The notes: a model not told the origin generated them from the letters alone. Shown: positions 8,813 to 18,746, numbered from the stretch's first letter. The stretch: DNA of 64,000 nt from an uncultured Gemmatimonadaceae bacterium (GCA_963817955.1 CAWFQK010000001.1:256001-320000); one strand, 5' to 3'. Program-made: numbers and translations.

Positions 8813-11800
8813 CTACGGCACGATCGGCTTCACCACCTCCGTGATCGCCTGCATCTTCCCTTGCATCGACACATTGAACGCCGCCAGATCCGTCTCGACG
8901 ACGGTCTTGTATGCCACCTTGGCGGCGCTCAATTCCTTTTCGATATCGGCGAGCCAGGCGAGCGCTCCGTCGGTGGGCGGATAGTCGGCACCGCCAGCGA
9001 CGTCGCCGGCGCCGCTATTCACCGTGCCATTCAACCAGATCAGCGCCATGTACACCTTGAATGGCTCGACGTAGTACTTGTCGTCGCTGTTCATGTCGGA
9101 GCGTGAAAGCAGTCGCAGTTCGACTTCGGTCAGCTTGCCGTCGAGCGCCGTCAGCGCATGTAGCGCGTCGGGCGTCTGGGCATTCACCTTCTGTTGGTCG
9201 AGAACCTGTTTTCGCATGACCTCGAGCCGGTTGATCATGTCGACGGCGGCGTTCATGTCGTCGTGCACACGGCGCTGCACCGCGGCGGACGCCACGAGAT
9301 CGGCATCGATCGTCTTGATCTCCGGGTCTTTCAGGACGATGAGCGGCTGCGTGAACGTCTTTCCATTCACCGACAGACTCACCGTGTACTTCCCCGGCAG
9401 CGCGATGGGACCGGAGGTCTGTGCGCCTTGAATGCCCCAGTGGGTGATCGGACGAGTCGTGCGATTTCGAAAGCGTGGCTCATCGAAGATAAGCGGATTG
9501 TCCGGCGCCGGTGTGCGCAGCGTGACGACTCGCGGCGGATCGTAGCGCAGGTCCCAGGTTACGCGATTGTACCCGGCACGCGTTGCCGACATGAGCGTGC
9601 GTACCACCACGCCGGCGCTGTCGAGAATCTGCAGCCGCACCGGTCGCGGAGTCGCCGCCGGCAACTTGAACGTCACTTCCGCGCGACCACTGCGTGCTTG
9701 CCGGTACCCGGGATGCGGCGGATACAGCACGGCGCTGTCGCCCATCGCCAATCGCCCATCGCCGAGTTCCAACGGCGCAATGTCTCTCAACACGTACACG
9801 CCGCGGCCGTACGTCGATACGACCACATCGTGCCACAACTTGGGCACGACGATCCACGACACAGCGGTGTGCGGTAACCCTTCGTTGAACTGCGTCCAGT
9901 GCGCGCCATCATCGAGCGTGTAGTAGAAGCCATGACCGGTACCGGCGAACAGCATGCCCTGCCGGTTTGGATTCTCCGTCACAGCCATGACGTAATCGAG
10001 CGGATGCGACGACGGCAGATCGCCGGTGATGTTCTTCCACGTCTGTCCGAAGTCGGTGGTCTTGAAGATGTATGGCTTGCGGTTGTCCATCATGTGGAAG
10101 TCCACCGCGACGTATGCCGTGGCGGGATCGAAGTGGGAGGGTTCGATCTTGCGCACGGTTCCCCATGTGGGCAGACCGGCGGCGTTGAGACTTTTCGTCA
10201 CGTCGGTCCACGCGTCGCCGCCGTCCTTCGTGAGCCAGAGCTTTCCATCATTGGTGCCGGCCCAGATGAGCCCCCGTTGCGTTTCCGATGGCGCAATGGC
10301 GAACACAACCTCGCCGTAGAATTGTCCAAGGTTGTCGGCGACGATGCCGCCAGACGAGACGATGCGTGACGTGTCCTGCGTCGACAGGTCGGGGCTGATG
10401 ACCTTCCAGCTCTGACCGCCATTCGATGTCTTGAATACGACCTGACATCCGTAGTACACGGTGTTGTGGTCGAACGGATCGATCGCCAGCGGCGGCGTCC
10501 AGTGACAACGATACGCGAGCGCGTTGGGAGGCGAGTCCAGCGTGTGCGCGCCGGGACTGACCGATCGCGCGCGCTTCACGCGGTGATCGTAACGCGTCAC
10601 CTCGTTCCCGTAGCATGAGGCCCAAATGATGTTCGGGTCGGTGAGATCTGGAAGCGTGAACCCTGATTCGCAGCCGCCAAGTCCATGATCCCACGTCGAG
10701 GTGCCGACGCGATTGGTGTTCGGCGGTGGTGGAGCGGCCGTGTCGGCGGTGGGAGATGGACGTTGGGCAGCGGGCGATGCCTGTTGAGCGATGATCGTTG
10801 GGCGATTGGCGACCGGTGCTCCGCCCCTGCCTCGACCGCCGCGGCCGGCGGCCGTCGTATCGGGGCCTCCACGCCCACCGCGGCCCGTACCCGCCGCGAT
10901 ACCACGCGTCGCCTGTGGCGCCTCCGGTGCGGTGCTCGGACCACGCATGGTGCTGTTGTCCTGCCTGTTCCCGTAGACCCAGTAGGGAATCTGATTGTCG
11001 ACGGCAACGTGATACATCTGCGCGATCGGCAGCGCGACAGAGAGGAAGGTCTTGCCATGGTCGTTCGTCAGTCGCGCACCGAGGTCGTTCGTCAGACCAA
11101 AGTGGCCGGGCTTCTTGGGATCGATCCAGATGTCATGGTTGTCGCCGCCCCATGGCACGTCATTGAATGTCTTGCCGCCGTCCTTCGACTGAAAGAAGCT
11201 GCTGTTCGCAATGAGAATCTCATTGGCGTCGCCGCTCGAGACTTTGATGTTGATGTAGTAGCCGGCCCGTCCGATGAGTGCACGCTGATGATTGACGACC
11301 TTCCACTTCACACCGCCGTCGTTGGAACGCCAGACGGATCCCTGATCGGCGGTCTGGATGAGCGCATACACGCGCTTCGAATCGGTCGGTGCAACGGCGA
11401 TGTCGATCTTGCCGATGGGTGGCTTGGGTAGCCCGGTGTCCAGTACCTGTTTCCACGTCTCGCCGGCATCGCGCGTCACGTAGATGCCAGCTTTCGGATC
11501 GTCCGTACCGCTGTACATCGCGTAGGTATGCATGATGACGTGCCACATGCCGGCGAACAGGACGCGGGGATTCTTGACATCGATGGCGAGCCCGGAGCAC
11601 CCAAAGTTTCCGCCCACCCACAGGACACGCTTCCATGTCTTGCCGCCATCCATGGTGCGATACACGCCATGCTCCTCTTGCGGACCAGTCGCTCGTCCAA
11701 GGGCACACACGTAGACGACGTTCGGATTGGTCGGATGCACGATGATGCGGCCGATGCGTCCCGTGGAGTCGAGGCCCATGTGCTTCCACGTCATTCCAGA

Positions 11801-12214
11801 ATCGGGCGACATGTAGACGCCGTCGCCCTGAAGATCGGCGTCGCGTATGGCCCACGCCTCGCCGGTACCTGCCCATACGATCTGCGGCTTCGACGGCGCA
11901 ACCGCCAGCGCGCCGATGGCCTGCACGGGCATTGAATCGGAGACCGGACGCCAGGTTGAGCCGCTATCGGCCGACTTCCATACGCCGCCAGACGCCGCGC
12001 CGATGTACCACACGCGTGCGTCACCCGGCACGCCACTGATCGCCGAGATCCGGCCGCCTTCAGCGGGACCAAGAAGCTGAAAGCGGAACGGGTCGGGTTG
12101 CGGCGGACGTGGGGCGGGCGTGGCGCCGCGCTGCGCGTGGGCGGCAAGGGCGAGCGATACGCTCAGCAGCAGGGCGGCGCGCGCGGCGCGCGCCGTGAAA
12201 TCGCGGTGGCTCAA
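8813..12214 (-). CDS. Secreted VPS10/BNR(Asp-box)-repeat beta-propeller protein (glycosyl-hydrolase-like)
   Basis: Signal peptide after TTG 12214 with GGAG RBS, GGRISAI start motif, many S/T-x-D-G-G-x-T/S-W repeats. Confidence 0.88.
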   Translation of the reverse strand: MSHRDFTARAARAALLLSVSLALAAHAQRGATPAPRPPQPDPFRFQLLGPAEGGRISAISGVPGDARVWYIGAASGGVWKSADSGSTWRPVSDSMPVQAIGALAVAPSKPQIVWAGTGEAWAIRDADLQGDGVYMSPDSGMTWKHMGLDSTGRIGRIIVHPTNPNVVYVCALGRATGPQEEHGVYRTMDGGKTWKRVLWVGGNFGCSGLAIDVKNPRVLFAGMWHVIMHTYAMYSGTDDPKAGIYVTRDAGETWKQVLDTGLPKPPIGKIDIAVAPTDSKRVYALIQTADQGSVWRSNDGGVKWKVVNHQRALIGRAGYYINIKVSSGDANEILIANSSFFQSKDGGKTFNDVPWGGDNHDIWIDPKKPGHFGLTNDLGARLTNDHGKTFLSVALPIAQMYHVAVDNQIPYWVYGNRQDNSTMRGPSTAPEAPQATRGIAAGTGRGGRGGPDTTAAGRGGRGRGGAPVANRPTIIAQQASPAAQRPSPTADTAAPPPPNTNRVGTSTWDHGLGGCESGFTLPDLTDPNIIWASCYGNEVTRYDHRVKRARSVSPGAHTLDSPPNALAYRCHWTPPLAIDPFDHNTVYYGCQVVFKTSNGGQSWKVISPDLSTQDTSRIVSSGGIVADNLGQFYGEVVFAIAPSETQRGLIWAGTNDGKLWLTKDGGDAWTDVTKSLNAAGLPTWGTVRKIEPSHFDPATAYVAVDFHMMDNRKPYIFKTTDFGQTWKNITGDLPSSHPLDYVMAVTENPNRQGMLFAGTGHGFYYTLDDGAHWTQFNEGLPHTAVSWIVVPKLWHDVVVSTYGRGVYVLRDIAPLELGDGRLAMGDSAVLYPPHPGYRQARSGRAEVTFKLPAATPRPVRLQILDSAGVVVRTLMSATRAGYNRVTWDLRYDPPRVVTLRTPAPDNPLIFDEPRFRNRTTRPITHWGIQGAQTSGPIALPGKYTVSLSVNGKTFTQPLIVLKDPEIKTIDADLVASAAVQRRVHDDMNAAVDMINRLEVMRKQVLDQQKVNAQTPDALHALTALDGKLTEVELRLLSRSDMNSDDKYYVEPFKVYMALIWLNGTVNSGAGDVAGGADYPPTDGALAWLADIEKELSAAKVAYKTVVETDLAAFNVSMQGKMQAITEVVKPIVP

Positions 12215-12340
12215 GGGAGGGACTCCGAAAGGGAGGCGGGTCAGTGTCACCCATACGATACTGCGTGGGCCGGGTATGGGGGAGGACCCGGCCTGGGCCT
12301 CCCAGGTGTTTCTCGGCAAGAAACGAGCAATAGTGGCTGT

Positions 12341-13372
12341 CTATCGCAGGCGCTCGTCTCCGGTCGCTACGGTGCCGGATTGGCCCAACTTCCCATAGTC
12401 GACCATCCACGTGCGAAGACCGTAGTTGGGGAGGTTCTTCGTGTGCCCTGCCACGAGCTGTTTGTTGTACTCGGCGAAGTACAGATCGAACGGATCGCGT
12501 TCGTCGGCATCGTGGATGAGTAGATCCGTGTCGGTCATCGTGAGCTTGCCGAAACGCAGCTCGCCACCGCGAAAGTAGACAAAGTTGTGCGACCCGCTGT
12601 CGGGACGCACATAGGTTCCGAAGATCGTATCGTCGGGCGTACGTGCGAACTCCTGGACGAGCAGGTCCTTTTCGACGCGCACCGCGGCCAGATGCCCCTC
12701 GACCGTTGGCGGCGGAATGATCTGCAGCGGATCGAGGAAGATGTCGTCGCCCTTCACCGACGCGCCGTGCGCCTTGCTCAGGTCCATCATCCTGTCCAGA
12801 TGCAGCCCGAGCGCGTGCATCAACGCGAGTCCATTCACGCCGAAGATGCGCAGCCGGTCAGGGTGCAGGCGCAGGAGGCCGTCGGGCTGAAGGACCGGCA
12901 CGGACCACATCTCGAACGGTATGTTCACGCCTTTGTGCAGCGTGCCGTTCTGCACCACGGACCCGTTCTCGATGCGCACGCGAAGATTCTTGATCGGCGC
13001 ACCGGGGTAGTTGAAGGCGATTTCGTTGAGGAGTGCCGTGATCGCGTCTCCGTCGAGCGCGACGAGACCGCTCGTGGCGCGAATGTGGAACGACTTCGGC
13101 TCATCCAGCCAGGCGATCGTCCCAGGTATGGTCGGGATCACCCGCCCGCGGAGCGAGCGAACCCGCATCACGTTGTGGGCGTCGACATGCAAATCCACGT
13201 TCTGCATGTCCATCCACAAATCGGACTGATGTGGGTCTTCCGCGAGGGACGACGGCTCGCCGCGGGACGTCGCACGCGCCGGTGCACGGGTGCCGAGAAA
13301 CAGCCACGCCGCAACGATGAGAATGCCTACTACGCCAAAGCGGCGCGCGAGTCGAGCTGCAGTCTTGTTCAT
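12341..13372 (-). CDS. Exported hypothetical protein (beta-rich)
   Basis: ATG 13372 followed by a basic and hydrophobic signal/anchor, 22 nt downstream of the upstream gene. Confidence 0.75.
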   Translation of the reverse strand: MNKTAARLARRFGVVGILIVAAWLFLGTRAPARATSRGEPSSLAEDPHQSDLWMDMQNVDLHVDAHNVMRVRSLRGRVIPTIPGTIAWLDEPKSFHIRATSGLVALDGDAITALLNEIAFNYPGAPIKNLRVRIENGSVVQNGTLHKGVNIPFEMWSVPVLQPDGLLRLHPDRLRIFGVNGLALMHALGLHLDRMMDLSKAHGASVKGDDIFLDPLQIIPPPTVEGHLAAVRVEKDLLVQEFARTPDDTIFGTYVRPDSGSHNFVYFRGGELRFGKLTMTDTDLLIHDADERDPFDLYFAEYNKQLVAGHTKNLPNYGLRTWMVDYGKLGQSGTVATGDERLR

Positions 13373-13394
13373 GGTCTGAGATGAATTCGTCGCC

Positions 13395-14117
13395 TCATCG
13401 ATCTTCGAGCGGCCACCAGCGTTTGTTCGAGTAGCGACGGCCGAAGACAGCGTGCAATGCAGGCCGAGCGTCATCGGCTCGCGCCACGGCATCGAGCCGT
13501 AGGGTGAGAGGCTCGATGCGAGAGAAGTCGCGGTACCGTGCATAGCTGTGAAAGAATCCCCACGGCCCGCCATGTGCGATCTTGCCCAACCAGATGTCAG
13601 GCAGGAGCACGAATTCCATGGCGTAGAGAACGTTGAGCGTTTTTGTCCGAGGCAAATCGCTCTCAATGATGCCGTGCGGAAGATTGGAGTGTTTCCCCCA
13701 TTGCACATTGACGGCTGGCTGGCCTTTGTCGCGCCAATTGGTATGCAGGATTGTGCCGTGCCAGTACGTCCACAGGCCGGTCGGCGCGTGCGTCAGGCTG
13801 TCGTAGCCGACCCAGACCACTTCCTCGTCCGACGGCTCGGCCCACGGCACCCACTGCAGATTGACATCATGGCTCCAGAGCAGGTGGTAAGCGATGATCG
13901 GCCGGGTTGGGTGCAGCACTGCCGCGACCCGCAGCAGCGGGAAGGTCTCATCGCGCTGCACGTACAGAACGGGGGCGAGTGCGCGTGCGAGCACAACGTC
14001 AGCCGAGTCGGCGGCATTTGGCGGTTGGGCCGGTACTGGCGGAATGTCTGCCCGTGGCACGCACGACGCGAGAGCAATGGCCATACAGGCCGAGAACAGA
14101 CCTGCGGTCAGCCTCAA
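13395..14117 (-). CDS. Hypothetical lipoprotein (Trp/His-rich)
   Basis: MRLTAGLFSACMAIALAS-C lipobox from TTG 14117 (start uncertain), motifs LAPVLY, YWHG, QWGKH. Confidence 0.7.
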   Translation of the reverse strand: MRLTAGLFSACMAIALASCVPRADIPPVPAQPPNAADSADVVLARALAPVLYVQRDETFPLLRVAAVLHPTRPIIAYHLLWSHDVNLQWVPWAEPSDEEVVWVGYDSLTHAPTGLWTYWHGTILHTNWRDKGQPAVNVQWGKHSNLPHGIIESDLPRTKTLNVLYAMEFVLLPDIWLGKIAHGGPWGFFHSYARYRDFSRIEPLTLRLDAVARADDARPALHAVFGRRYSNKRWWPLEDR

Positions 14118-14193
14118 GTGTCGCCCCCCCGTGACTCCGTGCACGGCCACGCTAACGGCTTGGCAAGGCCGTGGTGGCATATCGCCCCGTCGC

Positions 14194-14208
14194 GCAACCC
14201 TTGCGCCG
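14194..14208 (-). promoter_or_regulatory. Candidate sigma54 promoter (leftward)
   Basis: CGGCGCAAGGGTTGC: GG-N10-GC with TTGC. Confidence 0.4.
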
Positions 14209-14381
14209 ACGTTCGCCATCCGACGATGCACTGCGCGCTAAGATTTGTTTCGCCCGATCGCCGGCTTGCGCAACCGATATGGACGAGGTCAAATCGCGTG
14301 GCAAGGTGATGAGCTTCCTCTGAACTACAGCTCATCCGTAGGTAGAGCAGCAATGCCGAAGACGGCCACCGCGCTCGCACC

Positions 14382-14396
14382 CGGTATGCCTCTTGC
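14382..14396 (+). promoter_or_regulatory. Candidate sigma54 promoter (rightward)
   Basis: CGGTATGCCTCTTGC, 40 nt upstream of GTG 14437. Confidence 0.55.
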
Positions 14397-14436
14397 CAGT
14401 TCTGCCCGTCGTCAATCTCACCGTGAGGGTGAAAAC

Positions 14437-14748
14437 GTGAACAAGGGAATGGCGACGCTGGCCGTCCTTGCGCTGATCGGCGCCGGGGCGTGCAAAAAGA
14501 ACAACGAGAATACGATGGCCGACACCAGCACCATGAGGGCTACGGACACCGCCGGCGGCGCGGTGGTTCCCACGACGGACACGGTAGTCAAGACGACGCA
14601 AGTGACCACCGACACGATGAAGGGCAAGCCGTCCGACACAGCAAAAGCGAAAGCAAAAGCGAAAGCGAAGGCAAAGGCGAAGGCGAAGACCGACACGAGC
14701 AAGAAGGATTCGTTGAAGGCTGCCGAGAAGATGAAGAAGCCGTATTAG
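14437..14748 (+). CDS. Small low-complexity lipoprotein (Thr/Asp-rich, (AK)8 repeat)
   Basis: GAGG RBS, GTG start, LALIGAGA-C lipobox. Confidence 0.8.
   Translation: MNKGMATLAVLALIGAGACKKNNENTMADTSTMRATDTAGGAVVPTTDTVVKTTQVTTDTMKGKPSDTAKAKAKAKAKAKAKAKTDTSKKDSLKAAEKMKKPY
14641..14688 (+). repeat. Eight degenerate GCRAAR hexamers encoding (AK)8
   Basis: gcaaaa gcgaaa gcaaaa gcgaaa gcgaag gcaaag gcgaag gcgaag. Confidence 0.9.
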
Positions 14749-14780
14749 CAGTCGGCTGTCTCCTGCCGAACGGCGGAAAC

Positions 14781-14830
14781 GAAGGATCTTCTCTCGGGCA
14801 GCTCGCCAGCGCCGCGGGAGGAGGTCCTTC
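14781..14830 (+). terminator. Hairpin after the lipoprotein gene, probable terminator
   Basis: 16-bp stem with G-U pairs, GAAGGATCTTCTCTCG/CGGGAGGAGGTCCTTC, weak T-tract. Confidence 0.5.
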
Positions 14831-14911
14831 CTTGTTCGCCTTCCTGCTACGATACGGCATCGCGATGAGGTTCGGCTTGCTCAACCTTGGTGCCCGATCG
14901 ATCTTGCAGAT

Positions 14912-15304
14912 ATGACCAACTCGAATACGCCGACGTCGGCTGCCGCTGCAGTCCCCACTCCAGAGCCCGTGGAACCTGTAGGCGCTTTGGGGTCCGTTGA
15001 CGCGACGACGCTGACGGCTGAGCAGGTACGACTGGCGCTACGCAAGGTGAAGGATCCGGAACTCAACCTGAACATCGTCGACCTTGGCTTGGTCTACGAC
15101 GTCGTGGTCGACGGCGTGGATGTGCAGATCGATATGACGTTGACGTCGCCGGGTTGCCCGGCCGGTCCACAGATCATGGGCGACGTGGAGCGCGCAGTGA
15201 AAGCGGTGGCGGGTGTCGGCGACGTGAATGTCAATCTCGTGTGGCAGCCGTTCTGGACGCCCGACAGGATCGAGCCGCGGGTGAGGGCATACATGGGGTT
15301 GTAG
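14912..15304 (+). CDS. Metal-sulfur cluster assembly factor (DUF59/SufT-like)
   Basis: VKDPELNLNIVDLGLVY, MTLTSPGCP, VWQPFWTPDRI. Confidence 0.92.
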   Translation: MTNSNTPTSAAAAVPTPEPVEPVGALGSVDATTLTAEQVRLALRKVKDPELNLNIVDLGLVYDVVVDGVDVQIDMTLTSPGCPAGPQIMGDVERAVKAVAGVGDVNVNLVWQPFWTPDRIEPRVRAYMGL

Positions 15305-15332
15305 GACCCTACGCCGTCACCCTCGGGTGGCT

Positions 15333-16556
15333 TTACCCCTGTTTGTACGGCGAATCGTCACCCGATCTGACGATCGGCGCAGGCGAGGCGGGCGGCACCT
15401 GTGGCACCACAGGCTTCCGGTGCCGTGCAAGGGCCTTGAGGAAATCCTCACCGAGGACGGCCATCTGCCAACGGCGAAGCTCCGTGACCGATTCCATTTC
15501 GTCGCGTGTCGCCGGGTTCTTCCGCACGACGGCCTCGAGCCGTTCGCGTGAGCCGAGGACGCCTGGATCGAGGTCGAGGCGAGCGGCGTGCTCGTCGCGC
15601 ACCGTCTTCAGCGCGTTGAATCGAACGTCGAAACTGGGGTCGCGATCCCACCGCGGCGCGCGCGGGAACTTCGGCAAATCGTTCTCCGGCACGGCGAGCC
15701 CGCGCTTCACGGCGTCGAGCAACTCGTGACCGCGCAACTCGAGAATGCCGCGCGGCATGCCCTTGATCGCGCCGAGGACGTCCTTGGTGGCCGGCTGCTG
15801 CCGCGCGATCTCCAGTAGCTGTTCGTTGCCGAGCACCCTGAACGTGGCGCGATCCATCTGCCGGGCCAGTGCATCGCGCCACGGCACGAGCTCGCGCAGA
15901 ATGGCCAGCTCGCGACGCGTAAGATCGCGGGCGCCCTTGATCTTGAAGAAGGCGTTGCCGGGATCCTCGTCGGACCAGCGCGTGCCCTCGAGGAGCGTGA
16001 ACTCCTCGCGCGCCCATTCCCAACGACCAGTGCGCTCGAGCTCGTCCTTCAGGCGATCGCGCAGCTCGAGCAGGTGGATGGTGTCCTGGGCGGCATAGTC
16101 GAGCATGCCCCCGGTGAGCGGTCGCATGGACCAGTCGGCGCGCTGATGCTTTTTGTCCAGCTTCACGCCGAAGTAGCGTTCGAGCAGCGCAGCGAGGCCA
16201 AACGCCTTGAGTCCAAGAAGCTGCGCGGCAACGCGCGTATCGAAGATATTGCGCACCTGCCAGCCGTAATCCTGATGCAGCAGGCGAAGATCGTAGTCCG
16301 CATCATGAAACACGACCTCGACATTCGGCGACTCCATGAGCGTCCGGAGCCCGGCCGGATTGCCGATGGGGAGCGGATCGAGGATCGCCGTGCGGTCGCG
16401 CGTGGAGAGCTGGAGCAGGTAGATTCGATCGACGAAGCGATGGAAGCTCGCTCCTTCGGTATCGAGCGCGAGGATCGACGCCCCGGCGATCGACGATAGA
16501 AACGTGTCTACCGTCTCGGGGGTGTCGAGATAAATAGGCGTGTGTGGGCTGGGCAC
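15333..16556 (-). CDS. rnd: Ribonuclease D (DEDDy exonuclease + HRDC)
   Basis: LALDTEG, FHDADYD, FDTRVAA, QRADWSMRPL, YAAQD, C-terminal HRDC. Confidence 0.93.
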   Translation of the reverse strand: MPSPHTPIYLDTPETVDTFLSSIAGASILALDTEGASFHRFVDRIYLLQLSTRDRTAILDPLPIGNPAGLRTLMESPNVEVVFHDADYDLRLLHQDYGWQVRNIFDTRVAAQLLGLKAFGLAALLERYFGVKLDKKHQRADWSMRPLTGGMLDYAAQDTIHLLELRDRLKDELERTGRWEWAREEFTLLEGTRWSDEDPGNAFFKIKGARDLTRRELAILRELVPWRDALARQMDRATFRVLGNEQLLEIARQQPATKDVLGAIKGMPRGILELRGHELLDAVKRGLAVPENDLPKFPRAPRWDRDPSFDVRFNALKTVRDEHAARLDLDPGVLGSRERLEAVVRKNPATRDEMESVTELRRWQMAVLGEDFLKALARHRKPVVPQVPPASPAPIVRSGDDSPYKQG

Positions 16557-16599
16557 GCTTGCAATCTAACCGGCATTTTCGTTGCCCGGAGCCGAGCGC

Positions 16600-17793
16600 A
16601 TGGATGGTATGAGAGAACGCAGGCGGCGCGCGCCGGCCTGGCGCAGTACGGACGTGGCCCGCACGGCGGCGCTGGTCATCGCTATGTATCTGCTCGTCCG
16701 GTTGATCTGGTTTGCCGACCTGCTCGTGCTCACCGCATTCCTCGGCGTCTTGTTCGGACTCGCTGTGTCGTCGGGTGTGGACCGGCTGGAGCGCCTGCGC
16801 ATTCCGCGCGGCCTCGGCGCCGCGGCAATCGTGATCGGGTTCTTTGGACTGCTCGTGGGGTTCGGCGCGTGGATGGCGCCGACGCTCCACGAACAGGGCA
16901 TCGAGCTGCGACGCCGGCTGCCGGATGCGATCGACCGGGCCGAAATATGGGTCACCGCGCAACGCGGCGGGGTGTTCGGGTTCGTCCTCAGCGGGATCGC
17001 TCCGATGCAGGACTCCGCCACGGCGACGCCGCCGCCGAAGACAGCGCCCGGGGTGGCATCCGTGCCGAACCCGGCGGCGGATTCGGCGCGCTCGACGCTG
17101 CGGACCCGGCTGGGCGAGCGCGCGAGCGGCATGACGCGGTACGTCTTTCCCTTCCTCTCCTCGACGCTCGAGGTGATCGGAGGGATGCTCATCATCACTT
17201 TCTTATCGATCTACATTGCGGTGGATCCCGAGATGTACCGCCGCGGCATCATGCACCTCTTCCCACATCGCGCCCGGCAGCGGACCGGCGAGGTGCTGTC
17301 GGCGATCGCGGCGGTGCTGCGGCGCTGGCTGGTGACCCAGTTGATCGCCATGGCGACCATTGGCGTCGTCACCACCGTCGTGCTCCTCGCGCTGAACGTG
17401 AAGGCGGCGTTCGCACTTGGTCTGCTGTCGGGATTGTTCGAGTTCATTCCCACGGTTGGGCCAATTCTCAGTTCCCTGCCGGCAATCGCCATGGGCTTCC
17501 TCGACTCGCCGGAGAAGGCGCTGTTCGTCACGATTGCGTACATCCTCGTGCAGTTCATGGAGAATCACCTGCTGATTCCACTGCTGATGAAAGGTGGAAT
17601 CAACGTGCCGCCGGCGATGACTATTCTCTCACAGGCGCTCATGGCGTTGCTCTTCGGCTTCCTGGGCCTGATGTGCGCCGTCCCGCTACTCGCAGCGACG
17701 ATGGTGGCCGTGCGACTGTTGTACGTCGAGGGAGTGGTCGGCGATCCACAGTTCGGACCCGGGGAGGATCCGCGCCAGGGCGCGCAGACATAA
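16600..17793 (+). CDS. AI-2E family transporter (PerM-like)
   Basis: TM pattern with LERLRIPRGLG, FIPTVGPI, QFMENHLLIPLL, GFLGLMCAVPL. Confidence 0.9.
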   Translation: MDGMRERRRRAPAWRSTDVARTAALVIAMYLLVRLIWFADLLVLTAFLGVLFGLAVSSGVDRLERLRIPRGLGAAAIVIGFFGLLVGFGAWMAPTLHEQGIELRRRLPDAIDRAEIWVTAQRGGVFGFVLSGIAPMQDSATATPPPKTAPGVASVPNPAADSARSTLRTRLGERASGMTRYVFPFLSSTLEVIGGMLIITFLSIYIAVDPEMYRRGIMHLFPHRARQRTGEVLSAIAAVLRRWLVTQLIAMATIGVVTTVVLLALNVKAAFALGLLSGLFEFIPTVGPILSSLPAIAMGFLDSPEKALFVTIAYILVQFMENHLLIPLLMKGGINVPPAMTILSQALMALLFGFLGLMCAVPLLAATMVAVRLLYVEGVVGDPQFGPGEDPRQGAQT

Positions 17794-18746
17794 TGCCGCT
17801 CGCGCGGCGGTTTCCGGCGCTGAAGGAGATTCCGCGGGTGGTCCTCGGGCGCTACCCGACACCGGTCGTACCGCTCAGCGCATTGTCACCCAATCTGTGG
17901 ATCAAGCGTGACGACCTGAGCGCCGACCCTCTGGGTGGCAACAAGGTGCGAGCCCTGGAGTATCTGCTCGGTGGCGTGAAGCGCGATGACACCATCGTCA
18001 CGGTCGGCTCGGAAGGCTCCACGCACGCACTGGCCGTCGTGACGTATGGCAAGCGGCTCGCGGCGCGCGTGCTCATTGGCCGATGGCGGCAAGAGATGAA
18101 CGCGGCTGCCGAGATCGTGAGCGCGCGGATCGCACGCAGAGCGGACGCCGCACCCATCTACCGAACCCCCTTCGGCGCATATGGGTACGCCTGGACGCAC
18201 CGACTGCGCGGCGCAATATGGATTCCTGCCGGCGGCAGCTCCGCGATCGGCATCCTCGGGCACGTCAACGCGGGATTGGAGCTGATCGACCAGATCGACG
18301 CGGGACAGGTGCCGCAGCCGGCAACTATCGTCGTTCCGCTCGGCACGGGCGGCACCGCGGCGGGACTCGCACTCGCGTTCGCCATCGCCGGGCGCGACAT
18401 CACGGTCGTTGGCGCTCGCGTGGTGCCACGCATCGTGGCCCGGCGCGGCACGGTGCTCGCGCTGGCCAATCGGACGCGAAGATTCATCGAGCGCGCATCG
18501 CATGAGCACGTGCCACGGGTGCGCGCGGACCGTGTCCGCGTCGTGCACGAAACGTATGGCGGAGCGTATGGTCGTGAAACGCGCGCCGGTCGCGACGCGA
18601 CGACCCAATTACGAACCGTCAGCGCGCTGACGCTCGACGCGACGTACAGCGCCAAGGCGTTCGCGTACGCCTTGGCGCGTGCGGCGGCCGGCGATCGAAT
18701 ACTGTTCTGGTTGACGTTTGATCCCCGAATTCTGGATGGCCAATGA
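17793..18746 (+). CDS. PLP-dependent D-cysteine desulfhydrase/ACC deaminase family enzyme
   Basis: PTPV, WIKRDD, GGNKVR, IPAGGS, GTGGTAAGL, LDATYSAKA. ATG overlaps the upstream TAA. Confidence 0.85.
   Translation: MPLARRFPALKEIPRVVLGRYPTPVVPLSALSPNLWIKRDDLSADPLGGNKVRALEYLLGGVKRDDTIVTVGSEGSTHALAVVTYGKRLAARVLIGRWRQEMNAAAEIVSARIARRADAAPIYRTPFGAYGYAWTHRLRGAIWIPAGGSSAIGILGHVNAGLELIDQIDAGQVPQPATIVVPLGTGGTAAGLALAFAIAGRDITVVGARVVPRIVARRGTVLALANRTRRFIERASHEHVPRVRADRVRVVHETYGGAYGRETRAGRDATTQLRTVSALTLDATYSAKAFAYALARAAAGDRILFWLTFDPRILDGQ

Noticed and set aside
16542..18746. 734-aa ORF as one protein
   Set aside because: The first ~417 codons are an off-frame shadow of the AI-2E gene. The real gene starts at 17793.
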